From NCBI GenBank assembly GCA_049519415.1, contig JBEKQU010000008.1, positions 24,516-88,515 on the forward strand: a stretch of 64,000 nt of DNA, in the 5' to 3' direction. The position numbers and the translations under genes are program-made. This document shows positions 38,539 through 47,653 of the stretch, piece by piece (the stretch's first letter is position 1; every line of letters begins with the position of its first letter). Under the pieces are notes generated by a model that had not been told where the DNA came from, made no database searches, and saw nothing but the letters and a program-made list of their open reading frames with translations. The DNA is from Spirochaetia bacterium (lineage in GTDB: Bacteria > Spirochaetota > Spirochaetia > SZUA-6 > Fen-1364).

Positions 38539-38585
38539 AAAGCCCTTCTCTCTCGGCGGAACCCGCGCCGACGGCGCGCGGCATG

Positions 38586-38638
38586 TTAGTGAAATTTAAC
38601 CTCCCGTTAATGCGCCATTAATGGGGCGGTGATACCAT
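38586..38638 (+). promoter_or_regulatory. TTAA direct repeats at 11-bp period and extended -10 upstream of the PDZ gene
   Basis: TTAAC/TTAAT at 38596, 38607 and 38618; TGA-TACCAT at 38630-38638. Confidence 0.55.
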
Positions 38639-38659
38639 GCTTCTGGAGAAACAAGAAGC

Positions 38660-39115
38660 ATGAATCGCTCTTCATCGTTTCTGCGGCGCGTGTCATTGAT
38701 CGCGGCGGTATTCCTGATTTCCACGGCTGCTCTGTGCTTCGCACACAACACCCCCCAGCTCGCCATGCTTGCGAATAAGGCTCAAACAGGCGCGACGGTC
38801 GAAGATGTGACTGCCGGTGGGCCGGCAGCGAAGGCAGGCATTGCGGCCCACGACATCATCACCGGCGTTGAAGGAGCCCCTCTGCAGTCCCTGATGCAGA
38901 TCGTGGAAGCTCTGGCCCGGCATAAGCCCGGCGACAGCATGGAGCTGACCATTATCCGTGCGGCGGACGGCACGAGCACGGAGGTCACGATGACGCTGGG
39001 AGCAAACCCAAACGATGCTTCCCAGCCCTACATGGGGCTCACGATTGTGGGCTACCTGATTCTTGTTCCCGACAATAGAATGACGCCCGAGCAACAGGCG
39101 CCGCCCGCTATTTGA
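38660..39115 (+). CDS. Secreted single-PDZ-domain protein
   Basis: Signal peptide; VEDVTAGGPAAKAGI..HDIITGVEG...KPGDSMELTIIR. Confidence 0.8.
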   Translation: MNRSSSFLRRVSLIAAVFLISTAALCFAHNTPQLAMLANKAQTGATVEDVTAGGPAAKAGIAAHDIITGVEGAPLQSLMQIVEALARHKPGDSMELTIIRAADGTSTEVTMTLGANPNDASQPYMGLTIVGYLILVPDNRMTPEQQAPPAI

Positions 39116-39200
39116 GCCATCCGGCCGCGGAACGCGAGCCGCGCCGCGCCAGGACGAGCGGTCTCGCGCTTCGCGAGCAGGCGTGGTACAGTGTGACCCG

Positions 39201-39989
39201 ATGTCTCCCCCGGCCGAGATCTCGCGCCTGCTTGCCGAGTACAGGCGGTCCCTGCAGCTCGAGCGGCTAGAACCCGCGAACCTGGATTATACGCGCCTGG
39301 TCTACCACGTGCCCCTTCTTGAGCGGCTGGATGCGGTGGAGGGAAGCTCGGTCGCGCTCTTCGACCTCTATAAAATGAGCTATGTGTTTCTCACCTCATC
39401 CTTCAAGTTCCTCCTCGGCTACCGGCGCGACCAGGCCATGGAAAAGGGACCCGAGTATTTCTACGACCAGATGCATCCCGATGATCTGCCGATCGTCCTG
39501 GACACGGTGAGCCGCTCCCTCCGTTTCCTGCACGGACTTTCAGGAGCGGAACGCAAGGACTACACGCTGAGCTTCGATTTCCGCATGCGCCAGGCAGGGG
39601 GGGGATACGTGCGCCTGGTGCAGCAGGTGATCGTGCTGGAACAGGACAGGCGCGGCGCAGTGTGGCTCATCCTGATCGTGAACGACATCGTGAAGGACGG
39701 CTCCCTGGAAGCCCCCACGCGCCGGCAGCTCAGGAACATCCGCAATGGGAAGATGTACCTGTTCGTCCCCGAAGAGGAGCCGGGAAATGAAACGCGTCCG
39801 TCCCTCACGCGGCGCGAGCTGGAGGTGCTCGGCCTGGTTGCGGTCGGCATGGTGAGCCGGGAGATCGCTGATCGGCTGTTCATATCCGTTGCCACGGTCA
39901 ACAATCATCGCCAGCACATACTGGAGAAGATGGGCGCCAAAAACTGCGCGGAGGCCGTGCGTTACGCGGCCGAGCTGGGGCTGCTCTAA
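39201..39989 (+). CDS. PAS-domain LuxR family transcriptional regulator
   Basis: MHPDD PAS_3 motif; LTRRELEVL...EIADRLFISVATVNNHR HTH. Confidence 0.9.
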   Translation: MSPPAEISRLLAEYRRSLQLERLEPANLDYTRLVYHVPLLERLDAVEGSSVALFDLYKMSYVFLTSSFKFLLGYRRDQAMEKGPEYFYDQMHPDDLPIVLDTVSRSLRFLHGLSGAERKDYTLSFDFRMRQAGGGYVRLVQQVIVLEQDRRGAVWLILIVNDIVKDGSLEAPTRRQLRNIRNGKMYLFVPEEEPGNETRPSLTRRELEVLGLVAVGMVSREIADRLFISVATVNNHRQHILEKMGAKNCAEAVRYAAELGLL

Positions 39990-40042
39990 AAAATCGAGGA
40001 TTCTTCTCCCCCTCACCGGAGAGATCGGGCGAGTGTTTTTTA

Positions 40043-40174
40043 GACGCCTACCTTCGGGAAGTCAGGTCGGGCAGCGTCATCCTGGTGAGCGATCATGGCC
40101 AGATCATCGCGGAGATCAAATCGCCGTCCGCGGAAATCACGCGGGAAAAAAGAGCGACTGCGCTGACGCCGTGA
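40043..40174 (+). pseudogene. Phd/YefM antitoxin fragment
   Basis: Frame from 40043 reads DAYLREVRSGSVILVSDHGQIIAEIK; no start codon; C-terminus lost. Confidence 0.6.
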
Positions 40175-40527
40175 GAAAGACCATTGATGCATCGGTCCAG
40201 GTCCTTTCCTCACGCCTGACCGTGCTGGAAGTCCACCGCGCCATTGTCAGGGCGGAGAAGCAGGCTGAAGTGTCCGCCGCCGATGCCGGACGGGTCCGGG
40301 GAACGTTCACGCGCATCGCGCGCTCCTGGATCATATGCGAGTTGAGCGCTGACATCCTGGATCGAGCGGCAAAAGACTTCCCCATCGAGCCCGTGCGGAG
40401 TCGGGACGCAATCCATCTCGCCGCTTCCTTGTGGTTGCTCCGCGTTTTCCCGGACCTCCATGTCCTCTCCTTTGACGGCCGGGTGGCGAGCAACGCGGAA
40501 GCCCTTGGCATTCCACTGGCCGGCTAA
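40165..40527 (+). pseudogene. VapC PIN toxin lacking its N-terminal DTS motif
   Basis: SRLTVLEVHRA, RSRDAIHLAA, SFDGRVASNAEALG; the first catalytic Asp segment is missing. Confidence 0.65.
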
Positions 40528-40673
40528 GGCACACGTCCTCCGCATGCAATTCGAGGAACTTCGATTTCCGCATGCGCTGCGCGGCAGAGCCGGGGCTCCC
40601 ATGAAAAAATGATGATTCCTCACTATCGCTTTGCGCATGCTCGCCGGGATAGGGTTGAGCCCGGAGGAAACAC

Positions 40674-41108
40674 ATGACGGAACAGGATACCCTCAAGACG
40701 CTTCAGCTCTTCTACGCGGGGCTTATGGTGGATGCCGCATGCAACTATGAGCACTTCCACGTCACCGAGGAAGTCTCCATGAAAAAGCAGAAGGAACAGG
40801 CCCTTGCCGCTCCGGCGCAGCTCGCGCAGCTCGGCATCAGGAAGCCGGCCGAGCTCTTTGAGCGTTTCGGGACAATCTTCGGCTGCGCGCAATGGGGGGT
40901 CGCGGAAGGCGCCGATGGCGCTGCCACCGCGGAGACCGCGAGCTGCCTGGCCTGCGCCATCGCGAAGAAGCGCGGCTCGGGAAAACCCTGCGATCTGTTC
41001 TGCATCAATCCCTTCCGAGGCATGGCCCAGGCAATGCAGCCCGCGCGCTCTCTCCGGGTGGACGAGACGCTTTGGGAAGGGAACAGGTGCAGGTTCCAAT
41101 TGCGGTGA
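40674..41108 (+). CDS. Cys-rich V4R/ATC-hydrolase-like protein
   Basis: RBS GGAGG; CLAC...PCDLFCINP...TLWEGNRCRF. Confidence 0.6.
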   Translation: MTEQDTLKTLQLFYAGLMVDAACNYEHFHVTEEVSMKKQKEQALAAPAQLAQLGIRKPAELFERFGTIFGCAQWGVAEGADGAATAETASCLACAIAKKRGSGKPCDLFCINPFRGMAQAMQPARSLRVDETLWEGNRCRFQLR

Positions 41109-41186
41109 TATTCAGCGCGAGCGCGGCGCTCGAGCGCACAGAAGCGGCGCTGGACAGCCGGCTTTGCCCTGCGTAACTTTCACATC

Positions 41187-42776
41187 ATGTCATGGACGCC
41201 CGCCATCGCTCCCCTGGGAAACCTGGGTCTTTCAGCGCTCGCGGCAGCGGTCCCGCTCGCCGTGCTCTTCGGCCTCCTTGCGTGGGGCAGGCTGCCCGGA
41301 TGGGCGCCCCCCCTTGCGGCGGCCGCGGTCTCTCTCATCGTTGCCCCGGTTGGCTGGGGCATGCCGGCGCTTCGCGCGGCATCGGCGGCGCTGGAAGGCG
41401 TGGCAACGGCGCTCGTGCCCATCCTCTGGATCGTGGTCTCCGCTCTCTGGGTACACTCCCTCGCCGTGGCTTCGGGGCAGTTCGAGGTTATCCGGACCAC
41501 ACTCGCCTCCATCACAAGCGACAGGCGCCTGCAGGCTCTCTTCATAGCGTTCGCGTTCGGCGCGTTCCTCGAGGGCGCCGCAGGCTTCGGCACGCCCGTG
41601 GCCATCTCCGCGGCCATGCTCGTGAGCCTCGGGTTCGAGGCCCGATCAGCGGCAACCCTCTGCCTGGTCGCCAACAGCTCGCCCGTCGCTTTTGCCGCCG
41701 CGGGAATACCCGTCGCGGTCGCTGCCGGCGTAAGCGGGCTCGACGTCGTCGCCCTTGGGAGGATCATCGGCCGGCAGGTGCCGCTGCTCTCCCTCATCGT
41801 GCCTCTCTGGCTCTCCGTCATGCTGTGCGGGTGGCGGCGCAGCAGGGAAGTGCTTCCCGCGCTCCTGGTTGCGGGGCTCCTCATGTCCGTCACCCAGTTC
41901 CTGATCGCCACCTTCAGCGGACCCTGGACCGCGGGCATACTCTCCGGCATCGTCACGCTTGCCGGGCTCTGGCTCTTCCTCCGGTTCTGGAAGCCGCGCA
42001 CTCCATGGGATTTTCCCGGCTCTTCCGCCGCCGTGACAGGCATCACACCTGCCCGGCAGAAGGTCACCGCCCTGGCAACCTTGCGCGCCTGGGCTCCCTA
42101 CCTTCTCATGTCCGTCATGGTGCTGGTATGGAGTCTTGGACCGCTGGCGCCCCTGCTGAAGCGCGGAGACATCTCCTTCCCCTGGCCTGGCCTCCCAGGG
42201 GCTGCATTCAGCTTTCCCATAGCGTCCACTCCCGGCACGGCGATCTTCCTGTCAGCCGTGCTGTCGGCATTCCTTCTGCCCAACCTGGGGCTGCGAAAAG
42301 CGCTTGCCTGTCTCTCGCGGACCATCGGCAGCCTGGCGGGCACGATCCTCACCGTGTGCCTTATCCTTGCCACGGCATTCGTGCTGAATGCCTCCGGCAT
42401 GAGCGCAACGATCGGACGCGCGCTGGCGGCCACGGGCGCGCTCTTCCCGCTCTTCTCCCCTCTGCTGGGCTGGCTCGGCGTCCTGGTCACCGGGTCCGAC
42501 ACCTCCTCCAATGCCCTGTTCGGCGCTCTGCAGCGCGCAACCGCGGAGCGCCTGGGGCTGAACCCAGCGCTCATGGTTGCCGCAAACGCATCCGGCGGCG
42601 TTGCCGGCAAGATGGTATCGCCTCAAAGCATCGCCGTCGCAACTGCATCGACGCACCTGGAGGGGCAGGAAGGCCGGCTCTTCAGGTCCACGGTCGGACA
42701 CAGCATCGCCATGGCGCTCATCATCGGCGCCATCACGCTGGTGGAAGCCTACCTGTGGCCCGGACTGATACGATAA
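41187..42776 (+). CDS. lctP: L-lactate permease
   Basis: DRRLQAL, FLEGAAGFGTPVAI, TGSDTSSNALFG, GKMVSPQSI. Confidence 0.92.
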   Translation: MSWTPAIAPLGNLGLSALAAAVPLAVLFGLLAWGRLPGWAPPLAAAAVSLIVAPVGWGMPALRAASAALEGVATALVPILWIVVSALWVHSLAVASGQFEVIRTTLASITSDRRLQALFIAFAFGAFLEGAAGFGTPVAISAAMLVSLGFEARSAATLCLVANSSPVAFAAAGIPVAVAAGVSGLDVVALGRIIGRQVPLLSLIVPLWLSVMLCGWRRSREVLPALLVAGLLMSVTQFLIATFSGPWTAGILSGIVTLAGLWLFLRFWKPRTPWDFPGSSAAVTGITPARQKVTALATLRAWAPYLLMSVMVLVWSLGPLAPLLKRGDISFPWPGLPGAAFSFPIASTPGTAIFLSAVLSAFLLPNLGLRKALACLSRTIGSLAGTILTVCLILATAFVLNASGMSATIGRALAATGALFPLFSPLLGWLGVLVTGSDTSSNALFGALQRATAERLGLNPALMVAANASGGVAGKMVSPQSIAVATASTHLEGQEGRLFRSTVGHSIAMALIIGAITLVEAYLWPGLIR

Positions 42777-42852
42777 AAGGGATGGAAGCGCGGGGCCAGA
42801 GCATTTAGCAGCCGCAGGCGCTGGCCCACGATAGGTCAATAAAGCTCGGGAC

Positions 42853-44148
42853 TCACTTCACGTATTTCCGCGCAGCCTGGACTAGCCCGTCAACGGCCTT
42901 GTCCACGTTCAGATCAGCCACCAGCGTCGACATGATGCCCTGGATAAGTGCAAGCCAGCCCTCGGAGGCGGCGGCGCCGTGCGTCACGCTCGGCACGATG
43001 GTATCGGTCTTGAAGGAGTCCATGGCTGACTTCTGGTATTCGTCGTAGAGGCTCCTGTCGCCATCCGTGCGGGAGGGAATAGAGCCTTTTTTCGGATTGA
43101 ACGCGTCCTGCCCTTCCCGTGAAGCCGCGAGGGTGAGCCATTGGACGGCCTCTTCCCGATCAGGCGCGCCCCGGGGTAGGCCGAAGGAATCGGACAGCAT
43201 GATGAAGGAGCCCTGCGTGCCCGGTGAAGGCGCCCATCCGAACTCCTTGTTCGGCGTGCACCCCTTCTGCTTGAAGTAGCCTTCCGCCCAGTCTCCCATG
43301 ATGGTCATGGCGCATTTGCCGTCGATCACGTATTGCACCGCCGCGTCCCAGCTCAATGCCGCGTGGTCGGTGTTCACGTAGCGCAGGAGCGTCGTGAACC
43401 GGGTCAGCGCGGTCCTTACCTCGGGGTCATCCCACTTCGTGGCCCCGGTCCACAAGCCTTTATACCCGTTCGGTCCCAAGGTGCCCAGCAGCACGCTCTC
43501 CAGCAGGTGCACGGATGCCCAGATCCCGCTGTCGCCCAGCGCCAGGGGCGTGATGCCCTTGCGGGCAAGGGTGTCAGCCACCCAGAGCAGCTCGTCAAGG
43601 TTCCGGGGCGGCGTGAGGCCGTTCGCGGCGAAAATCTTCTTGTTGTACCAGAGCACGTTTGAGCGATGGATGTTCACGGGCACGCTGTAGATCTCCCCCT
43701 TGTAGGAAATGATCTCGATCAGGTCCTTGGGGAAGTCCGCCAGCCAGCCATTGTCCTTGAAAACGAACGTGATGGGCTCCATTTTTCCCGCCACGACCCA
43801 GGTGTCGATCAGCTCGTGACCCGCGTGCACCTGGAAGGAGTCTGGCGGGTTCCCTCCCCTCATGCGCGTGGCCAGCACCGCCTTGGCGTTCGAGCCAGCG
43901 CCGCCGGCAACGGTGGCGTTGATGATGAAAACAGTGGGATACTTGACGCGGTAGATGTCGAACATCGCGGCAAGCCCCTCGGCTTCCCCCCCCGCGGTCC
44001 ACCAGCTGAAAATTTCCAGCTTCCGGGAGGCGCCTGTTTCTTTCGCGCCTGCAGGAAACGCGGCCCGGCAGGGAATCGCGAAAAAGACAACGGCAAAGCA
44101 GATCAGGGGAAGGAGGCCGAGGCCTCTTTTCGTCGGAAAACGGCTCAC
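42853..44148 (-). CDS. Sugar ABC substrate-binding protein (glucose-binding GtsA-like) with no permease genes adjacent
   Basis: FSWWTAGGEA, PPDSFQ, PVNIHRSN, IMGDWA, KGSIP; start overlaps the regulator stop codon. Confidence 0.88.
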   Translation of the reverse strand: MSRFPTKRGLGLLPLICFAVVFFAIPCRAAFPAGAKETGASRKLEIFSWWTAGGEAEGLAAMFDIYRVKYPTVFIINATVAGGAGSNAKAVLATRMRGGNPPDSFQVHAGHELIDTWVVAGKMEPITFVFKDNGWLADFPKDLIEIISYKGEIYSVPVNIHRSNVLWYNKKIFAANGLTPPRNLDELLWVADTLARKGITPLALGDSGIWASVHLLESVLLGTLGPNGYKGLWTGATKWDDPEVRTALTRFTTLLRYVNTDHAALSWDAAVQYVIDGKCAMTIMGDWAEGYFKQKGCTPNKEFGWAPSPGTQGSFIMLSDSFGLPRGAPDREEAVQWLTLAASREGQDAFNPKKGSIPSRTDGDRSLYDEYQKSAMDSFKTDTIVPSVTHGAAASEGWLALIQGIMSTLVADLNVDKAVDGLVQAARKYVK

Positions 44149-45488
44149 AGTGTATGCCTCCGCATCTTCTCGTAAAGGGTCTTGCGGCTGATCCCCAGTT
44201 GCGTGGCGGTCTTGGAGACGTTGCCCCCGTTTTTCTCCAGCACGGACCGGATGATCCTCCGTTCCAGGTCGGCGGCGTACCGGGACACCGTGGTGTGCAG
44301 ATCTCCATCAATGCTGATCTCCTCCGCGGCGCCGGCATCGCCGTACTCCAGGCCCGAGATCTCCTCCCCGTCGCTCAGGATCACGGCATTGGTGATGACG
44401 TTCTTCAGCTGCCGGATGTTTCCCGGCCAGGAATGCGCCTTGAGGCTGCGCATGATCGTTTCAGGGATTTTTTTCACCGACCTGCCGTACGTGGCGTTGG
44501 CTTCCTGCACGAACAGCTTGACCAGGCCGGGGATGTCGCGCGAGCGTTCCCGAAGGGGCGGGATCTTGAGCGTGACCGTGCTGAGCCTATAGTACAGGTC
44601 CTCCCGGAACCCGCCGCTTGATCGCAGCTCGGTGAGGTCCTTGTTCGTGGCCGCAATGAGCCGGCAATAGACGGACACGGGCCGGGTGCCGCCCACGCGC
44701 TCAAGCACCCGCTCCTGCAGCACGCGGAGAAACTTGGATTGCATTGAGAGGCTCATGTCCCCGATCTCATCAAGGAAGAGCGTCCCGTTGCCGGCAAGCT
44801 CGAACCTGCCGATCTTTCGCGCCACGGCGCCGGAGAAGGCCCCCTTCTCGTGCCCGAACAGCTCGCTCTCCAGGAGGTTCTCGTTCAGCGAGGCGCAGTT
44901 CAACCCGATGAAGGGCCGGTCGCGGTAGATTCCCCCGTAGTGCATGGTCCGCGCAATCACTTCCTTTCCCGTGCCGGTTTCCCCCAGAAGGAGCACCGTC
45001 ACGTCGGAGTCCTTGACCTTCTCAATGACGCGCTCGATCTCCTTCATCTCCGGCGAGGAGCTGGGGGCCAGCCGCGTGTGGGTCGTCGTGCGCAGAGTTT
45101 CGCGGAACGCGAAGGTGGCCAGCCGGTCGTTCAGTGCAAGGCTCTCCTTTTCCAATATTGAGAGAAGCAGGTCCTGGTCGATGGGCTTGGGGATGTAGTT
45201 CGTGGCGCCCGCCTTCATGCACTCCACGGCGCTGTTGATGTCGCCGTGGCCGGTGATGATGATGATGGGGAGGGAGGGTTCCGACGCCTTGAGCTCCCGG
45301 AGCAGGGCGAGCCCATCTGCCTGTCCCAGGCGCAGGTCGAGGAGGACCATATTCACATCGGAGTCGGCGAGCGTCTTCCTCGCCTCTTCCCTGTTGGCCG
45401 CCTCCAGGGCCCGATAGCCCCGCAGCGTGAGGGTTTTCGCCAGGCCGCTGCGCAGCCCCGGCTCGTCATCCACGATGAGGACGTTCAT
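44145..45488 (-). CDS. Sigma54-dependent (NtrC-family) response regulator
   Basis: REC domain (VDDE, LLD, TGHG, KP), GETGTGKE, ESELFGHEKGAFSGA, FLDEIG, WPGNIRQL, Fis-type HTH. Confidence 0.93.
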   Translation of the reverse strand: MNVLIVDDEPGLRSGLAKTLTLRGYRALEAANREEARKTLADSDVNMVLLDLRLGQADGLALLRELKASEPSLPIIIITGHGDINSAVECMKAGATNYIPKPIDQDLLLSILEKESLALNDRLATFAFRETLRTTTHTRLAPSSSPEMKEIERVIEKVKDSDVTVLLLGETGTGKEVIARTMHYGGIYRDRPFIGLNCASLNENLLESELFGHEKGAFSGAVARKIGRFELAGNGTLFLDEIGDMSLSMQSKFLRVLQERVLERVGGTRPVSVYCRLIAATNKDLTELRSSGGFREDLYYRLSTVTLKIPPLRERSRDIPGLVKLFVQEANATYGRSVKKIPETIMRSLKAHSWPGNIRQLKNVITNAVILSDGEEISGLEYGDAGAAEEISIDGDLHTTVSRYAADLERRIIRSVLEKNGGNVSKTATQLGISRKTLYEKMRRHTL

Positions 45489-47574
45489 GTACACGGAGCA
45501 GCACCTCCACCTCCGTGCCCTTGCCCGGAGTGCTTGAGACACGGATCTCTCCCCCGTTCCGCTTGACGATGGCGTAGCAGATCGACAGCCCCAGGCCGTT
45601 GCCCTGGCTCGCCATCTTGGTGGTGAAGAAGGGGTCGAATATATTTTTCATGTCCGCGGGATCGATGCCCACGCCATTGTCGTCAACGCAGAGCACGGCC
45701 CTGCCGTCGGTGTCCTGGCCCGTGCGGATCCTGATTGCACCGCCATCCGCGCTGGCTTCGCAGGCGTTTAAAATGATGTTCAAAACGACCTGTTTCAGCT
45801 CATCGGCCGGGCAGACCACCTGGTCAAGGTCCGGAGCTAGATCGAGGGAAAGCGCGAGCCGCCTCTTCTCCAGGGTGAACCGCAGCACCTCCATGGTCTC
45901 CTGCGCCACAAGGTTCAGGTCTGCGTGCGCATCCCGCCGGGAGCTGGGCGCGGAATACGCGCGAATGCGCTTGATGATGGCCGCGATCCGGTTGGTCTCG
46001 CTCTCGATCCAGGTAAGGGAGTCCAGCTTGTCGCTCTCCCGCTCCACCGCCTTCAGGTAGTTCACGTGGGAGAGGATCGAGCCGAGCGGATTGTTGATCT
46101 CGTGCGCCATGCCCGCGGAGAGGATCCCCAGGGAGGTCACCTTGTCCGCTATTGTCATCCGCGACCAGAAGCGTTCGGCGGCGGTGACGTCCTCCAACAC
46201 GACCAGGGAGCCGCGCCTGCTGCCGGAAAGCTCGATGGGGGAGATCTTTGCGGTGAAATGCAGGGGCCACTCGTCCGGGCGGACCAGCTTCAGCCCTTCG
46301 ATGATGGCCTCGCGATCCAGGACAAGAGCGTCGCCGGCAGGGTCCCCGCTGCGGAGGGTGAACGAGCACTCCATCACCGCTTTCAGCCGCAGGCCCTTGA
46401 GGGACGCGACCCCGCTCCCCACCAGGTCGGCGAAGTAGCTGTTGCAGAACTCGATGGCGCCCTCGGGATCCGTCACCACGATTCCAGCCGGAATGCCGTT
46501 CATGATGCGCTCATTGTAGGCGTGCAGCAGCCTGATCTGCTCCAACTGTTCGCCGATAACGCGTTTCTCCTCGATGAGGCTCGCCACCATCCCGTGGAAG
46601 GTCCCCGCCAGGAAACCGACCTCGTCCCGGGAGCGGATGTCGAGGGTTCCCACCTCACCCGTGTCCCTGTAGCGGTGCAGCCACTGGCTCAGCCGGCTGA
46701 AGGGGGAGATGGCGAGACTCGTGACTCCGGTCGCTATAAAAAGGGACGCCACCAGGGTAATGAGGAAAGCGGTGAGGTAGGACAGGAGGACCGAGCGGAC
46801 GTAGATGCGCTGCTCCAGAAGGGAGCGAAAAGCGGCCAGGTAGACCTTCTCCGGAAGGTCCGCGGAGAGAGGCCGGGAATAGACGCTGTACGCCGTGTCG
46901 CCCACGCGCATGGTGGGCGTCGGGGAGGCCGCGTCGGTGGCGAACGACGTCCACGTGGAGGAGGAGGCTGCCGGTACGGCGCCGACGTAGAAGGCAACCT
47001 CCGTCCCGGTCTTTTCCTGGATCGCGGCCACCAGGCTTGCGTCCACGTCCGTCACCAGGTAGAGGTGCCGAGCGCCTCCTCCGCGCTGGACAATGGTCGT
47101 GCCGGTGACAAGGTAGAGGTTGATCGCCCCCCCCACGGTCTTCACCGATATGAACTGGCTGCGGGGGAAGCGGAAGTCGCGGGGGAGGAGAAACGCGAGG
47201 GGCAGGTCGACCTTTGCCCCCGTGATGCCGGCCTGCTCATCAGCGATCAGCAGGCCGGGGTCGTCAATCACAACGATCCGGTCGGCATTTGTCAGGCTGA
47301 TGAAGTAGCGGATCGTCTCCTGCAGGCTCTCCAGGGAGGCCCCGGCCTGCTGGTCCTGCTGCAGCAGAAAGCTGAGCTGGTAGAGGTCCGTGTACAGCCG
47401 GTGTTTCAGCTCCTCCACGTACGCGCGTGAGCGATCCCAGTCTCCCTGGAGATCGGTTTCCAGCGTGTTGTTCGTCTTGAAGAGAAAAGAGGTGAGGGTG
47501 AAGGTCCCCGTGACAGCCATCTGCAGGAGAAGGGTGGCGAGGATTCCTATAAGCAGCTTTGTTCTCAGACGCAT
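45466..47574 (-). CDS. Membrane sensor histidine kinase (periplasmic Cache-like, HAMP, PAS, HisKA, HATPase)
   Basis: Two TM segments, DEVGFLA HAMP, AHEINNPL, NACEA, DNGVG, FFTTK, GNGLGL. Confidence 0.92.
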   Translation of the reverse strand: MRLRTKLLIGILATLLLQMAVTGTFTLTSFLFKTNNTLETDLQGDWDRSRAYVEELKHRLYTDLYQLSFLLQQDQQAGASLESLQETIRYFISLTNADRIVVIDDPGLLIADEQAGITGAKVDLPLAFLLPRDFRFPRSQFISVKTVGGAINLYLVTGTTIVQRGGGARHLYLVTDVDASLVAAIQEKTGTEVAFYVGAVPAASSSTWTSFATDAASPTPTMRVGDTAYSVYSRPLSADLPEKVYLAAFRSLLEQRIYVRSVLLSYLTAFLITLVASLFIATGVTSLAISPFSRLSQWLHRYRDTGEVGTLDIRSRDEVGFLAGTFHGMVASLIEEKRVIGEQLEQIRLLHAYNERIMNGIPAGIVVTDPEGAIEFCNSYFADLVGSGVASLKGLRLKAVMECSFTLRSGDPAGDALVLDREAIIEGLKLVRPDEWPLHFTAKISPIELSGSRRGSLVVLEDVTAAERFWSRMTIADKVTSLGILSAGMAHEINNPLGSILSHVNYLKAVERESDKLDSLTWIESETNRIAAIIKRIRAYSAPSSRRDAHADLNLVAQETMEVLRFTLEKRRLALSLDLAPDLDQVVCPADELKQVVLNIILNACEASADGGAIRIRTGQDTDGRAVLCVDDNGVGIDPADMKNIFDPFFTTKMASQGNGLGLSICYAIVKRNGGEIRVSSTPGKGTEVEVLLRVHERPHRG

Positions 47575-47653
47575 CAGCGTCAGTGTAGCACCGAAAGCGG
47601 CCCGGCGTGCAGGGCTCCCCATGGGGCCCCTAGGCACGGAATACCGTGCGGGC

